A DNA stretch of 26,776 nucleotides from a virus (IMGVR_UViG_3300037258_000549:64001-90776), one strand, 5' to 3'. Numbered from the stretch's first letter, positions 1 to 7,557 are shown. Numbers and translations: made by a program. Notes: generated by a model from the letters alone, not told the origin.

Positions 1-15
1 CGCCGCCTCCTCCCT

Positions 16-204
16 CCGGGTGCGCCCGGCTGGCCTTCCCAGTCCGGCCGAGCGCACGTAGTTCTTGTTAAGGGCACCTGGCCTGCATACCACTCCTTAC
101 CGAGGAAGGAGCGTGGGCTCGGCCAGGTGCCCGGCTTATGCACGGCGACCGGATAGTCAGCAAAGGTTTGGTGGGTGTCGCTGGTTAGGCGGACCACCAT
201 CTTA
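16..204 (-). ncRNA. Candidate structured RNA or long structured 5' leader
   Basis: Nested inverted repeats: 43-50 with 146-153 (one G-U on the minus strand), 52-56 with 139-143, a perfect 12-bp stem 72-83 with 121-132, inner stem 93-98 with 106-111, and small hairpins at 16-29 and 30-42. It lies downstream (minus strand) of the conserved element at 175-204. Confidence 0.4.
175..204 (-). promoter_or_regulatory. Conserved 30-nt element, copy 1 (TAAGAT -10-like box plus conserved downstream leader)
   Basis: Minus strand TAAGATGGTGGTCCGCCTAACCAGCGACAC matches 4960-4989 (+) at 27/30. A weak -35 (CTGATA) lies 17 nt upstream. Confidence 0.5.
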
Positions 205-223
205 TACTTTTACGGACGCCCTA

Positions 224-1318
224 TCAGCTCACCAGCGCAACCTCGCGTGCCAGCACCGCGGCCTTCGCCTTCATCGGCTCGGCGCGCAGCAGTGAGCGGT
301 TCAGCTTGCTTTCCCAGCTGCGGCTCGTACGCACATGATCTAGGTACTCACCAGCCGCTTGCAGCATCCCGTAGGCGGTGCCGCGCACCCCGCTGCCCTC
401 GACCGTCGGCCCCTCCAGGAAGCCCAGCACCGCGGCGCGGGCCTCGGCGATGTTTTTCGCCACCCGGTCTGAGACCAGGCCGTCCGGCGGGGACGGGATG
501 AACGCGTCCACGAACCGTGCTTCCTGCTGGACGCTGACCTTGATGCCGAGCAAGTCGGTCATCGCTGCCACGTACTCCTGCGTCTGGGTGCACGCGTACA
601 TCAGCGCCTCGCGTGCTTCGCCCATCCGGTCATGCCAGTCGCTGCGGTGCGAGAACGAGTACACGAGCCCGGTACGCTCGCCCTCAGCTTCGGCAGTCGA
701 ATAAGTATTCGCGCAAACGATCCTAACCGTGGTCAGCCGGGCGGCGCAGGAGGCCTGGCCGTCGTGCGAGCTGGTGAGCCCGAGGAACGGGAAGGTCAGT
801 GAGCCGTCGCCGGGCAGCTGCACCGGCTCGTTGATCCGGGCCAGCATCCACACCTTGCGGCCCCCGGCCAGGCTGCCGCCGGTTTCCAGTTGCACCGTGC
901 CCGGCTCGGCTTCCAGGATGGAGTCGATGATCTCGCCGAACGCGGAGTTGGGAATGATGTTGTAACTGCCCCGCTGGTAAGACAGTGTCGCCCGGGTGTC
1001 ACTGCGCGCGATGCGCCGGAACTCCCGGTCGGTACGCAGTGACTTCTCGTACAGGTCACTGAGCGCCTGGGCGGTCTCCTCGACTGTCTTCAGCGGTGAC
1101 TCGCGGACCAGTGTCAGGATCTGCTCGCGGACCTCCCCGACGGTCAGCAGCCGCTCGGCGGCCGGCAGTGCGATCGGGTCCCAGTCCAGTCCGGCCAGCA
1201 CGCGCGCCGCGGCAAAGGACTCCGGGTAGTCCGCGGTTACCGTCGTGCGGTCACCGGTCCGCGGCTTGTGCCAGGGCATTTCCCGGACACTGAACATTCT
1301 TTCGACGTCATCACTCAT
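224..1318 (-). CDS. DUF932-family (TIGR03299-like) phage/plasmid protein
   Basis: 364 aa with hallmark motifs MFSVREMPWH, AGLDW, ETGGSLAGGRKVW, SHDG, TTVRIVCANT and GTAYGMLQAAGEYLDH. Confidence 0.85.
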   Translation of the reverse strand: MSDDVERMFSVREMPWHKPRTGDRTTVTADYPESFAAARVLAGLDWDPIALPAAERLLTVGEVREQILTLVRESPLKTVEETAQALSDLYEKSLRTDREFRRIARSDTRATLSYQRGSYNIIPNSAFGEIIDSILEAEPGTVQLETGGSLAGGRKVWMLARINEPVQLPGDGSLTFPFLGLTSSHDGQASCAARLTTVRIVCANTYSTAEAEGERTGLVYSFSHRSDWHDRMGEAREALMYACTQTQEYVAAMTDLLGIKVSVQQEARFVDAFIPSPPDGLVSDRVAKNIAEARAAVLGFLEGPTVEGSGVRGTAYGMLQAAGEYLDHVRTSRSWESKLNRSLLRAEPMKAKAAVLAREVALVS

Positions 1319-1391
1319 TGCTGCTGCTACTTTCGCTGGATGGTACGCCCGCTGGCGGCGAAAACCTCTTCACGCCATTAGGGTATCACTT

Positions 1392-1400
1392 AGTATAACA
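1392..1400 (-). promoter_or_regulatory. Extended -10 promoter element for the DUF932-like gene
   Basis: Minus strand TGTTATACT (TGn-TATACT) about 75 nt upstream of the start, in an AT-rich divergent intergenic region. Confidence 0.45.
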
Positions 1401-1631
1401 AAGTGGCTGCCAATCCGATTCCCGTTACTCGCGGGTAATTTAAACATTTAATTCGAAAAAGTATTCTAATTACTATTTGCACGAGCGAGGGCTTGAAGTT
1501 TTGGCACGGACGAGCCGTCGCTGTTGTACAACCCGTCGGTACCTGCGTATGGTATCAGTCGGTATTACACTCCGTCGAGTGCAGGAACATCTGCAGTCGA
1601 AGACCAGTGATAACAGGACAGGGGGAAGTAA

Positions 1632-2222
1632 ATGCGCGGTAGGACAAAGGTCGCGGTGAGTGCCGTGGGCCTGCTGGCGGTGACCAGCCTGGCAGCAGCT
1701 TGCTCGTCGAGCACGAGCAGCACGAGCACGCACAGCACGAGCAGCTCCAGCCCGGCCAGCATGTCCGGCACGGAGACGTTCAGCGGGACCGAGCAGCTGA
1801 CGAAGGCGCAGGCGGCCAGTGACAGTTACGTTCCGGTCATCACGTTGCACGCCACCGGGGTGTTCGCCGATACCGGGTCGATCGCCCTGGTCCCGGGGTC
1901 CGGAAAGGACGGCAACGGCCCCGGCCCGGCGACCATCAAGCTCAGTAAAGGGAACATCAACGTCACGCACGCGGCGACGCCCGCCAATGAGCAGCCGACG
2001 CTGATCAGTGGATGCCAGTACGGCATAACTGATCGCGTTGGGTACACGATGACAAGCGGGACTAAGGCCTACGCCGGCGCGGTCGGCAGCGGCACCGCCA
2101 CGGTCAAGGAGGACTTCACCGTGCCGAAGCTGGCCAGCGGCAAGTGCAATATGACCAGTAACGCGGTGCCGACCGGCGGAACAGTCACGTTCACGGCTAC
2201 CGGACCGGTGAAGCTCCGGTAG
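1632..2222 (+). CDS. Secreted lipoprotein with Ser/Thr-rich linker and beta-rich domain
   Basis: Basic N-terminus, hydrophobic stretch, lipobox LAAA-C, then SSSTSSTSTHSTSSSS. Two later Cys. Purine-rich SD-like sequence upstream. Confidence 0.8.
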   Translation: MRGRTKVAVSAVGLLAVTSLAAACSSSTSSTSTHSTSSSSPASMSGTETFSGTEQLTKAQAASDSYVPVITLHATGVFADTGSIALVPGSGKDGNGPGPATIKLSKGNINVTHAATPANEQPTLISGCQYGITDRVGYTMTSGTKAYAGAVGSGTATVKEDFTVPKLASGKCNMTSNAVPTGGTVTFTATGPVKLR

Positions 2223-2799
2223 AAGCAGCTGGACGAGGACGGGCTGGTCCCGGGTGTCCTGGGGCTAGCCCGTCGTCGGCTGAACGAGGGACTAGCTCAG
2301 CTGCTTGACTATCTTGGGATCGTTTAGCTCGCAGGGTGATCGTCAGGCACCGCCGGTGGTACGGGACGAGGTTCTCCACGGCGGTGTTACGCCGGTCGCC
2401 GTCGCGGCGGGCGAGCACCAGGTAGTCCCGGTCACCGCGGTTCCCCTCTAGCCGGGTCGGGGTACCGCAGTACGCGCAATCGTAGGGAGGAGAAACGGCG
2501 TGCAAGAACTGCACCCGATGCTTCTCTATAACGACAGGGCGCGCCTGGCGGCCACCCCGGTGCCGGGCGCACCGGCAGTTCGGCGGGCATTTCGGCATCT
2601 TCCAGGCGTTGTGCTTTCCGCAGGTGCAGTCCGGCTCGCACGGCGGCAGGTCGTGCTTCTTGCAGTGGCAGCCTTCCGGGCAGGGCGCGCCCTGGTGCCG
2701 CTTGCAGGTGCAGCCCGGCTCGCACGGCGGCGTCTGGACACGGCGCAGCGCGGGAGCTGTGTGCCTGCGGCACTGGCAGCCGGGCATGCACTTTCTCAT
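2197..2799 (-). CDS. Cys/His zinc-binding repeat protein with degenerate HNH-like C-terminal domain
   Basis: Five C-x3-C-x-C-x2-H repeats, then CAYCG...LARRDGDRRNTAVENLVPYHRRC, which resembles an HNH fold lacking the catalytic His. Confidence 0.65.
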   Translation of the reverse strand: MRKCMPGCQCRRHTAPALRRVQTPPCEPGCTCKRHQGAPCPEGCHCKKHDLPPCEPDCTCGKHNAWKMPKCPPNCRCARHRGGRQARPVVIEKHRVQFLHAVSPPYDCAYCGTPTRLEGNRGDRDYLVLARRDGDRRNTAVENLVPYHRRCLTITLRAKRSQDSQAAELVPRSADDGLAPGHPGPARPRPAASTGASPVR

Positions 2800-2805
2800 T
2801 TTGTT

Positions 2806-2834
2806 AGGTTAGATCAGCAGTAGCTTGCTGGCTA
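2806..2834 (-). promoter_or_regulatory. Probable leaderless promoter for the Cys-repeat gene
   Basis: Minus strand TAGCCA-N17-TAACCT-N6-ATG with no SD sequence; leaderless mRNAs are common in Actinobacteria. Confidence 0.45.
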
Positions 2835-2889
2835 CCCCGTTCTGGGACCAACTGTCGTACCGCAATGTGATCACCTGATTACAGAAAGT

Positions 2890-3141
2890 CTAGCACCTGT
2901 TCTCCAGTGCCTGATTATGAGCGCGCACAGCTTCCGCAGCCAGCGCCGGCGTCTTGAAGACCGCAATCTCAAAGTCGTACTTGTAGGACGCTGGTTCATT
3001 AAGCGCCGCGTAGACGTTGCACGGTTCCTGGTGCCCCTGCCGCCAGGGCAGTTCACACAGCTTCGCCGCGGCGGCCTGCAATGAGCCGTACGCGCGCTGT
3101 AGGTTAACGCGGGCGACTGACAGAGCGGTAGCATCCATCAC
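2890..3141 (-). CDS. Small phage hypothetical protein
   Basis: 83 aa; start overlaps the glycosyltransferase stop (GTGATG). The WRQG...VY...IAVFKTPALAAEAVRAHN pattern resembles small actinophage proteins. Confidence 0.65.
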   Translation of the reverse strand: MMDATALSVARVNLQRAYGSLQAAAAKLCELPWRQGHQEPCNVYAALNEPASYKYDFEIAVFKTPALAAEAVRAHNQALENRC

Positions 3142-4222
3142 GAGGTGAGGCTCTCCAAGGCTCGTAGCAAGCGCTTAGCGTTGTTAGCAAAAGTTCTATC
3201 AGCAATCGCAGCCTGCGCCAGCCGACCCGCTTCTTCGCGTTTATCACTGTTTTGCAACCACCAGCGAAGCTGCTCGGACGCGTCTTCGGGAGAAGTGAAC
3301 GTGGGCAACATGGACAGCACCCGGTCGCCTTCTTCCCGTTGATCCCTAAGGAAGGGCAGGCGGCAAGCGGCCATCTCCACCTCACGCGGCCCCATGGCGA
3401 CGGCGACGTCCCCGGCGTGCGTGTCCTCGGCCTCGCGCCGGTAGAAGTTGATGCCCATCTTCGTCTGGCGGTACAGCTCCGCCGTTTCGGTGTTATCTAC
3501 GCAGTCCGCGTCGGTCAGCCCGCTGCCGATGTACGGCACCAGCGGGGATGCCTCGGGGAGCTTACCCCACTCGTTCCCGGCGATCAGCACGTCGATATCG
3601 CTCAGGTCCAGCGCCTCGAAGAAGTCGATCCGGGACTTGAACGCGGTGCCGATGAACGTCAAGTCGATCAACTTAGCGGACGGCGGCCCGGTCCGCGGGT
3701 GGTGCACGGCCGGGCGGTAGCAGTGCGGGACGTACAGCGCCGGCGTGCCCTGCTGGTCGTAAAGAGGCAGGTTAACCGGGTCATTCAGCAGGCACAGGTC
3801 GGCGAACTGCGCGCGCAGCAGCTGAATATCCTCTTGATAGGGCGATTCCGTATTCAGCATGACGATTTTGTGCCCGCGCTTGCGGATGACTTCCATCAGC
3901 CCGGCGGTAGCAAAAAACCCGCTGACAAAAACTACCACACTTGGCCAAAACGTATAAAGCGCATGGGAGATCCCTTGCATAGCAAGGGTGAACGCGCCCT
4001 CCTGGGTCAGTGCCTGCTTGACGATCGGGAGGTCATACTCGTCTTTAGTCTGGGTGTCCATCAGGGCACGACTGTAAAAGACAAGTCGTAAAAGCCGATC
4101 ATTGAAGTTAAACGAGGCAACTTCTACTCCAGTTTCCCGGAGTCCCTCTTCCCAGCCTTTATAAACATCGTGAACTGAAAAATCGGGCGTAAAGGCCCCG
4201 GGTGAACCAACAAGATCCGCAC
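3138..4222 (-). CDS. CgeB-like (Glyco_trans_1_2) glycosyltransferase, frameshifted near its 5' end
   Basis: The body has LTFIGTAF..R, MGINFYR, MGPREVEMAAC and QLRWWL...REEAG...RTFANNAKRLL. A natural N-terminus MRILLVHPGP (GTG at 4222, SD GGAAGGGG) is in a different frame from DFSVHDVY... The ORF-track start at 4370 overlaps the HNH gene and is probably false. Confidence 0.75.
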
Positions 4223-4335
4223 GGGCGAACCACCCCCTTCCGATTACACATTCGCAAACAAAATGGTATGCTTTTAACGACCCGGTCATGCCGTTCAGAG
4301 GCAGCGACCGGGCCTGATCGCATAGAAGTGCGACT

Positions 4336-4917
4336 ATGACTGATCCTACAGAACGCTGGCGCCCTGTCAAAAACTTCGAAGGTTTCTACGAGGTTAGCAA
4401 CCTTGGCCGGGTACGGAGCGTTGATCGTACAGTAACCTCCCGTAACCGCTGGGGGCCGATAGAAAAGCACCTGCGCGGCAAGATTCTCTCTCAGGCAACA
4501 GGCAGTTACGGTTATCTAGTGGTCACCATGTCTCGCGACGGCAGGGAACGGCCTTACCGGGTGCATCTGCTTGTCGGGGAAGCTTTCCTTGGACCGCGCC
4601 CGCCCGGACACGATATCCGGCACGGTCCGAGAGGGCGCCAGGCCAACGCAGCGGCAGATCTCTGTTACGGGACGCGGGCGGAAAACGAGCAGGACAAGAT
4701 TCGCGATGGTACATTCCGACACGGTGGCGACGGCCGGGCCGGCGAGGCTGCGAACCACGTTAAGCTGACGTGGGCCATCGCCCGGGAGATCCGGCGCAGG
4801 CGCGCGGCTGGGGAACGGCCTAGTGCTCTAGCTCGGGAGTTTAATACTACTCCTTCAACGGTCTACTACATAGCTAGTAACCGGCAGTGGAAAGCAGAAC
4901 ATGATCCCCAGGGTTAG
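4336..4917 (+). CDS. NUMOD4-HNH homing endonuclease with C-terminal HTH-like domain
   Basis: ERWRPVKNFEGFYEVSNLGRVRS (NUMOD4), VHLLVGEAFLG...IRH...LCYGTRAENEQD (HNH), then IRRRRAAGERPSALAREF. Confidence 0.9.
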   Translation: MTDPTERWRPVKNFEGFYEVSNLGRVRSVDRTVTSRNRWGPIEKHLRGKILSQATGSYGYLVVTMSRDGRERPYRVHLLVGEAFLGPRPPGHDIRHGPRGRQANAAADLCYGTRAENEQDKIRDGTFRHGGDGRAGEAANHVKLTWAIAREIRRRRAAGERPSALAREFNTTPSTVYYIASNRQWKAEHDPQG

Positions 4918-4935
4918 TCACTCAAGGTAGACCGT

Positions 4936-4989
4936 TAGACGCCAGCATACGTTAAGCAGTAAGATGGAAGTCCGCCTGACCAGCGACAC
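4936..4989 (+). promoter_or_regulatory. Conserved 30-nt element, copy 2; putative promoter reading into array 1
   Basis: TAGACG-N18-TAAGAT followed by GGAAGTCCGCCTGACCAGCGACAC; 27/30 identical to 175-204 (-). Confidence 0.5.
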
Positions 4990-6262
4990 GCACCGTACCG
5001 ACGAGCCCATCCGCATCGCACCGGCCCATCCCGACGAGCCTACCCGCTTCGGTTCTGGCCATACCGACGAACCCAGCCGTTCCCGGACAGACCGCCCCGC
5101 ACCGACTACCCCTTCCTTCCCCGGTCACCCCCCGCCGACGCACCAGACCGTATCCCTCCTTTCCGCCTCAGGCCGACGAGCCACCCCGTCACGATTCAAG
5201 CTACGCCGACCACCCTGACCAGCTCACACCGACGAGTCATCCCATACCGGTTCGTCCCACGCCGACCACCCGACGCAACCCGCCCCGCCCCATGCCGACG
5301 AGCCATCCCATGCCCAGCCCCACCCAGCCCCACCGACGGACCTCACCAATCCCCACCTGACCCCGCCAAGCCACGCTGACGCATCAGCTCATACCTGCCC
5401 AGCCCGACCCGACGACCCGAACCGCGTCATGCCCGCCCGAGCCACCCTGACGAGCCACCCCATCCCGCTCCTTTCCGCATCGACAAGCTGGCCCACTACC
5501 CGAGCCATTACGTCTCCACCCGCGCCGACATGCCACCCCATCCCATACCGGCCCTGCCCAGGTGACTATCCGTCCCAACACCTCCCGCTCCCGCCCAGGC
5601 TGACGCACCAGGCCAATTCACGTCACCCCGGCCCTCGCTGACATGCCTGCCCCATCCCACACCGGCCCTGCTCAAGCCGACGAGCCGCATCGTACCTCGA
5701 CGAGCCATGCCATGCCCGTCCTCCCCCTGCCGACTACCCGAGCCATTACGTCCCGACTCCACCCCTGTCGACTACCCGAGCCATTACGTCCCGACTCCAC
5801 CCCTGCCGACTACCCGAGCCATTACATCCCGACTCCACCCCTGTCGACTACCCGAGCCATTACGTCCCGACTCCACCCCTGCCGACTACCCGAGCCATTA
5901 CATCCCGACTCCATCCGCGCCGACATGCCTACCCATCCCACACCGGCCCTGCTCAAGCCGACGAGCCGCATCGTACCCAGCCGCCCCTGCCCGCTTTGAC
6001 GACCCACGCCCAGCCAACCCCACCCACGCCGACTAGCCACCTCTTCTCTTACCAGCCCTGTTCGTGCCGACAAGCCATGCCTAGCCGCTCCCTGCCGACT
6101 ACCCAGCCCCGCCCTACCCGACCCTGCGCAGCCCAAGCCGACTACCCACGCCGACGTGCCATCCCATCCCCTGCCGCTACTTCCCATCCCGACGACCCAC
6201 GCTAACCCTGCCCGTCCCGGTCCGACTACCCGTCTCCATCCCTCCCGTCCCGCGCCGACTAG
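4981..6262 (+). repeat. Array 1: degenerate (NNNCC)n-GAC repeat array, C-rich on +
   Basis: Splitting at CCGAC/CTGAC/TCGAC gives units of 33, 33, 38, 33, 38, 33, 23, 33, ... 38, 43, 33, 38, 33 nt, e.g. gagcc catcc gcatc gcacc ggccc atccc gac. Roughly 35 units; no convincing protein in any frame. Confidence 0.9.
5730..5919 (+). repeat. Near-perfect 38-bp x5 tandem repeat inside array 1
   Basis: (C/T)CGACTACCCGAGCCATTAC(G/A)TCCCGACTCCACCCCTG starting at 5730, 5768, 5806, 5844 and 5882; the fifth copy diverges at its end. Confidence 0.95.
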
Positions 6263-6555
6263 CCCCACCAGAGGTTGCTAAGCGAATCATCTAGTTTGCC
6301 CCCGATGCCATGTCGTGCCCGGACATCGGGGGCTGTTGGCTGCCCTGTGAATGTCTCTAGCACGAGGCTGCCGACCGTTCGTGCCCGCACCCGGCCATAC
6401 TTGTAGAGGCGCACAAACCGGTAGCCAGCCGGGTTCACCTGCGGGGTGAGTAGCCCGCCGCGAGTTGCCGCCCGGCCGAGCGAGTAGATGTTCCCCCGGT
6501 CAGACGCCTCGTAAAACCCGGCGTAACCAGGGATCGGCTGCCAGTCCTCCTCCAT
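6259..6555 (-). pseudogene. Short or truncated NUMOD4-HNH endonuclease
   Basis: EDWQPIPGYAGFYEASDRGNIYS, VGSLVLETFTG...RH...SNLWWG then stop. It lacks the T-x2-EN-x2-D segment seen in the paralogs at 4336 and 18736. Confidence 0.7.
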
Positions 6556-6612
6556 ACGTCCAGGATGAGGTACTTAACAGGCTAGGTGTGATTTACTGAC
6601 AGTGAGTATCAT

Positions 6613-6636
6613 GCCGCGGCCTTCGCCGGAGCCGGC
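6613..6636 (+). promoter_or_regulatory. Bulged hairpin motif, copy A
   Basis: GCC-GC-GGC-CTTCGCCGGA-GCC-GGC; shares CGNGGCC...GGAGCCGG with 7606-7629 and 15436-15465. Confidence 0.4.
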
Positions 6637-6684
6637 TCAGCTTCAGCCTTAACGGAGCAGCTGGTGACCGCGGAAACGCCTAGT

Positions 6685-7551
6685 TCAGCGGCTTTTCGCC
6701 GCACGGGCGAGCGCGGCACGCCGAGCCAGGTCCTGCTGCCGCGACACCACTTTCAGGTGCGCAGGATTTACGCAGTCGCCTCGCCCGCAAGTCTGCTGTG
6801 CGATGTAGCCATCGGGAACAGGTCCTTTAGCGAGCAGCCAGGCGACTTCCCGGGCCATGTGCGTACTGCCCTGCCACCAAGCTTTCGCACTCCCGCTACC
6901 GTCAATGAACGCTTCCCAGAGCCAGCAGCCTCGCAGCCCGGCGGACTTATCGACTTTGGCCCAGAAACGCAACTCCGCTTTTTCTGCCCAACGCGCGCGT
7001 TGGTTTTTGCCGTTTTCAGTCCGGCGCCCCGGTGGCGCACGACGCAAGTTTTCAGCCAGCGTGACTACTTCCAGGTGCGCCGGGTTAACGCAGTGCCGGT
7101 GGCGACAGCCACGTTCTCGCACGTGGTCAACCTGAAAGAGATCCGAGAGCGGTCCGATAGTGAGCTGGTAGGCGAACCGGTGAGCCAGGAATTTCCGGCC
7201 GTACGCGTAAAAAGCTCCGTAACCCTGACCGATTTTCCCAGCCGTCCACAGCCAGCAGCCCTCCGGCCCGGCCGACTTATCGACTTTGGCCCAGAAGCGG
7301 TCTTCGACGGACATCGCACGCTGCGGCTCAGTCAGCTCCGTCGAACCTCGCGTGTACCAACGCAGGTAATGCCTTGCGCACAGTCCCCGCGCTTCGTGCG
7401 GTTCGTCGCAGTCCGGCACCGTACAGCCTTCCGGTGCCGGAGCCTTCGGTGGCAAGGTGCCATGTCGGTAGGCGTACACGTAATGCGTGCCGCACAGTCC
7501 GCGCGCTTTGACCGGGCGCGTGCAGTCCGGCTCGGTACAGCTCTCGCTCAT
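6685..7551 (-). CDS. HNH endonuclease with two N-terminal Zn fingers and a duplicated HNH domain
   Basis: Two C-x4-C-x9-C-x2-H motifs and two RFWAKVDKS..GCWLW...CVNPAHL modules. The first has AHR, DH and EN; the second has ARE, QQ and QD at those positions. Confidence 0.9.
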   Translation of the reverse strand: MSESCTEPDCTRPVKARGLCGTHYVYAYRHGTLPPKAPAPEGCTVPDCDEPHEARGLCARHYLRWYTRGSTELTEPQRAMSVEDRFWAKVDKSAGPEGCWLWTAGKIGQGYGAFYAYGRKFLAHRFAYQLTIGPLSDLFQVDHVRERGCRHRHCVNPAHLEVVTLAENLRRAPPGRRTENGKNQRARWAEKAELRFWAKVDKSAGLRGCWLWEAFIDGSGSAKAWWQGSTHMAREVAWLLAKGPVPDGYIAQQTCGRGDCVNPAHLKVVSRQQDLARRAALARAAKSR

Positions 7552-7557
7552 GCCTGT

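Noticed and set aside
1430-1480. AT-rich stretch as a replication origin or att site
   Set aside because: No iterons, DnaA boxes, integrase or tRNA nearby; simply explained as divergent promoter DNA.
3252-4091. 279-aa + strand ORF
   Set aside because: Antisense shadow of the glycosyltransferase, expected in high-GC DNA.
4073-4095. Possible 9-nt in-frame insertion (GTAAAAG twice) in the GT, sharing CGTAAA with the frameshift site
   Set aside because: Cannot be called an insertion without a homologue alignment, and a 6-nt match is easily chance.
4223-4370. Track-predicted N-terminal extension of the glycosyltransferase
   Set aside because: Overlaps the divergent HNH start and does not look like a GT; a better start with SD exists at 4222 in another frame.
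4981-6262. Array 1 (and array 2) as a CRISPR or TIGR-type guide array
   Set aside because: No constant repeat alternating with unique spacers; the anchor is only 5 nt; no cas or Nop-domain gene is recognisable in the window.
4964-6268. Pro/Arg-rich or Gly/Arg/Trp-rich ORFs across array 1 (4964, 5384, 5429, 5508, 5643, 5707, 5822, 5996)
   Set aside because: By-products of the pentamer repeat: no SD, and frames break at 38- and 43-nt units. Only the first 12 codons at 4964 are kept as an open question.
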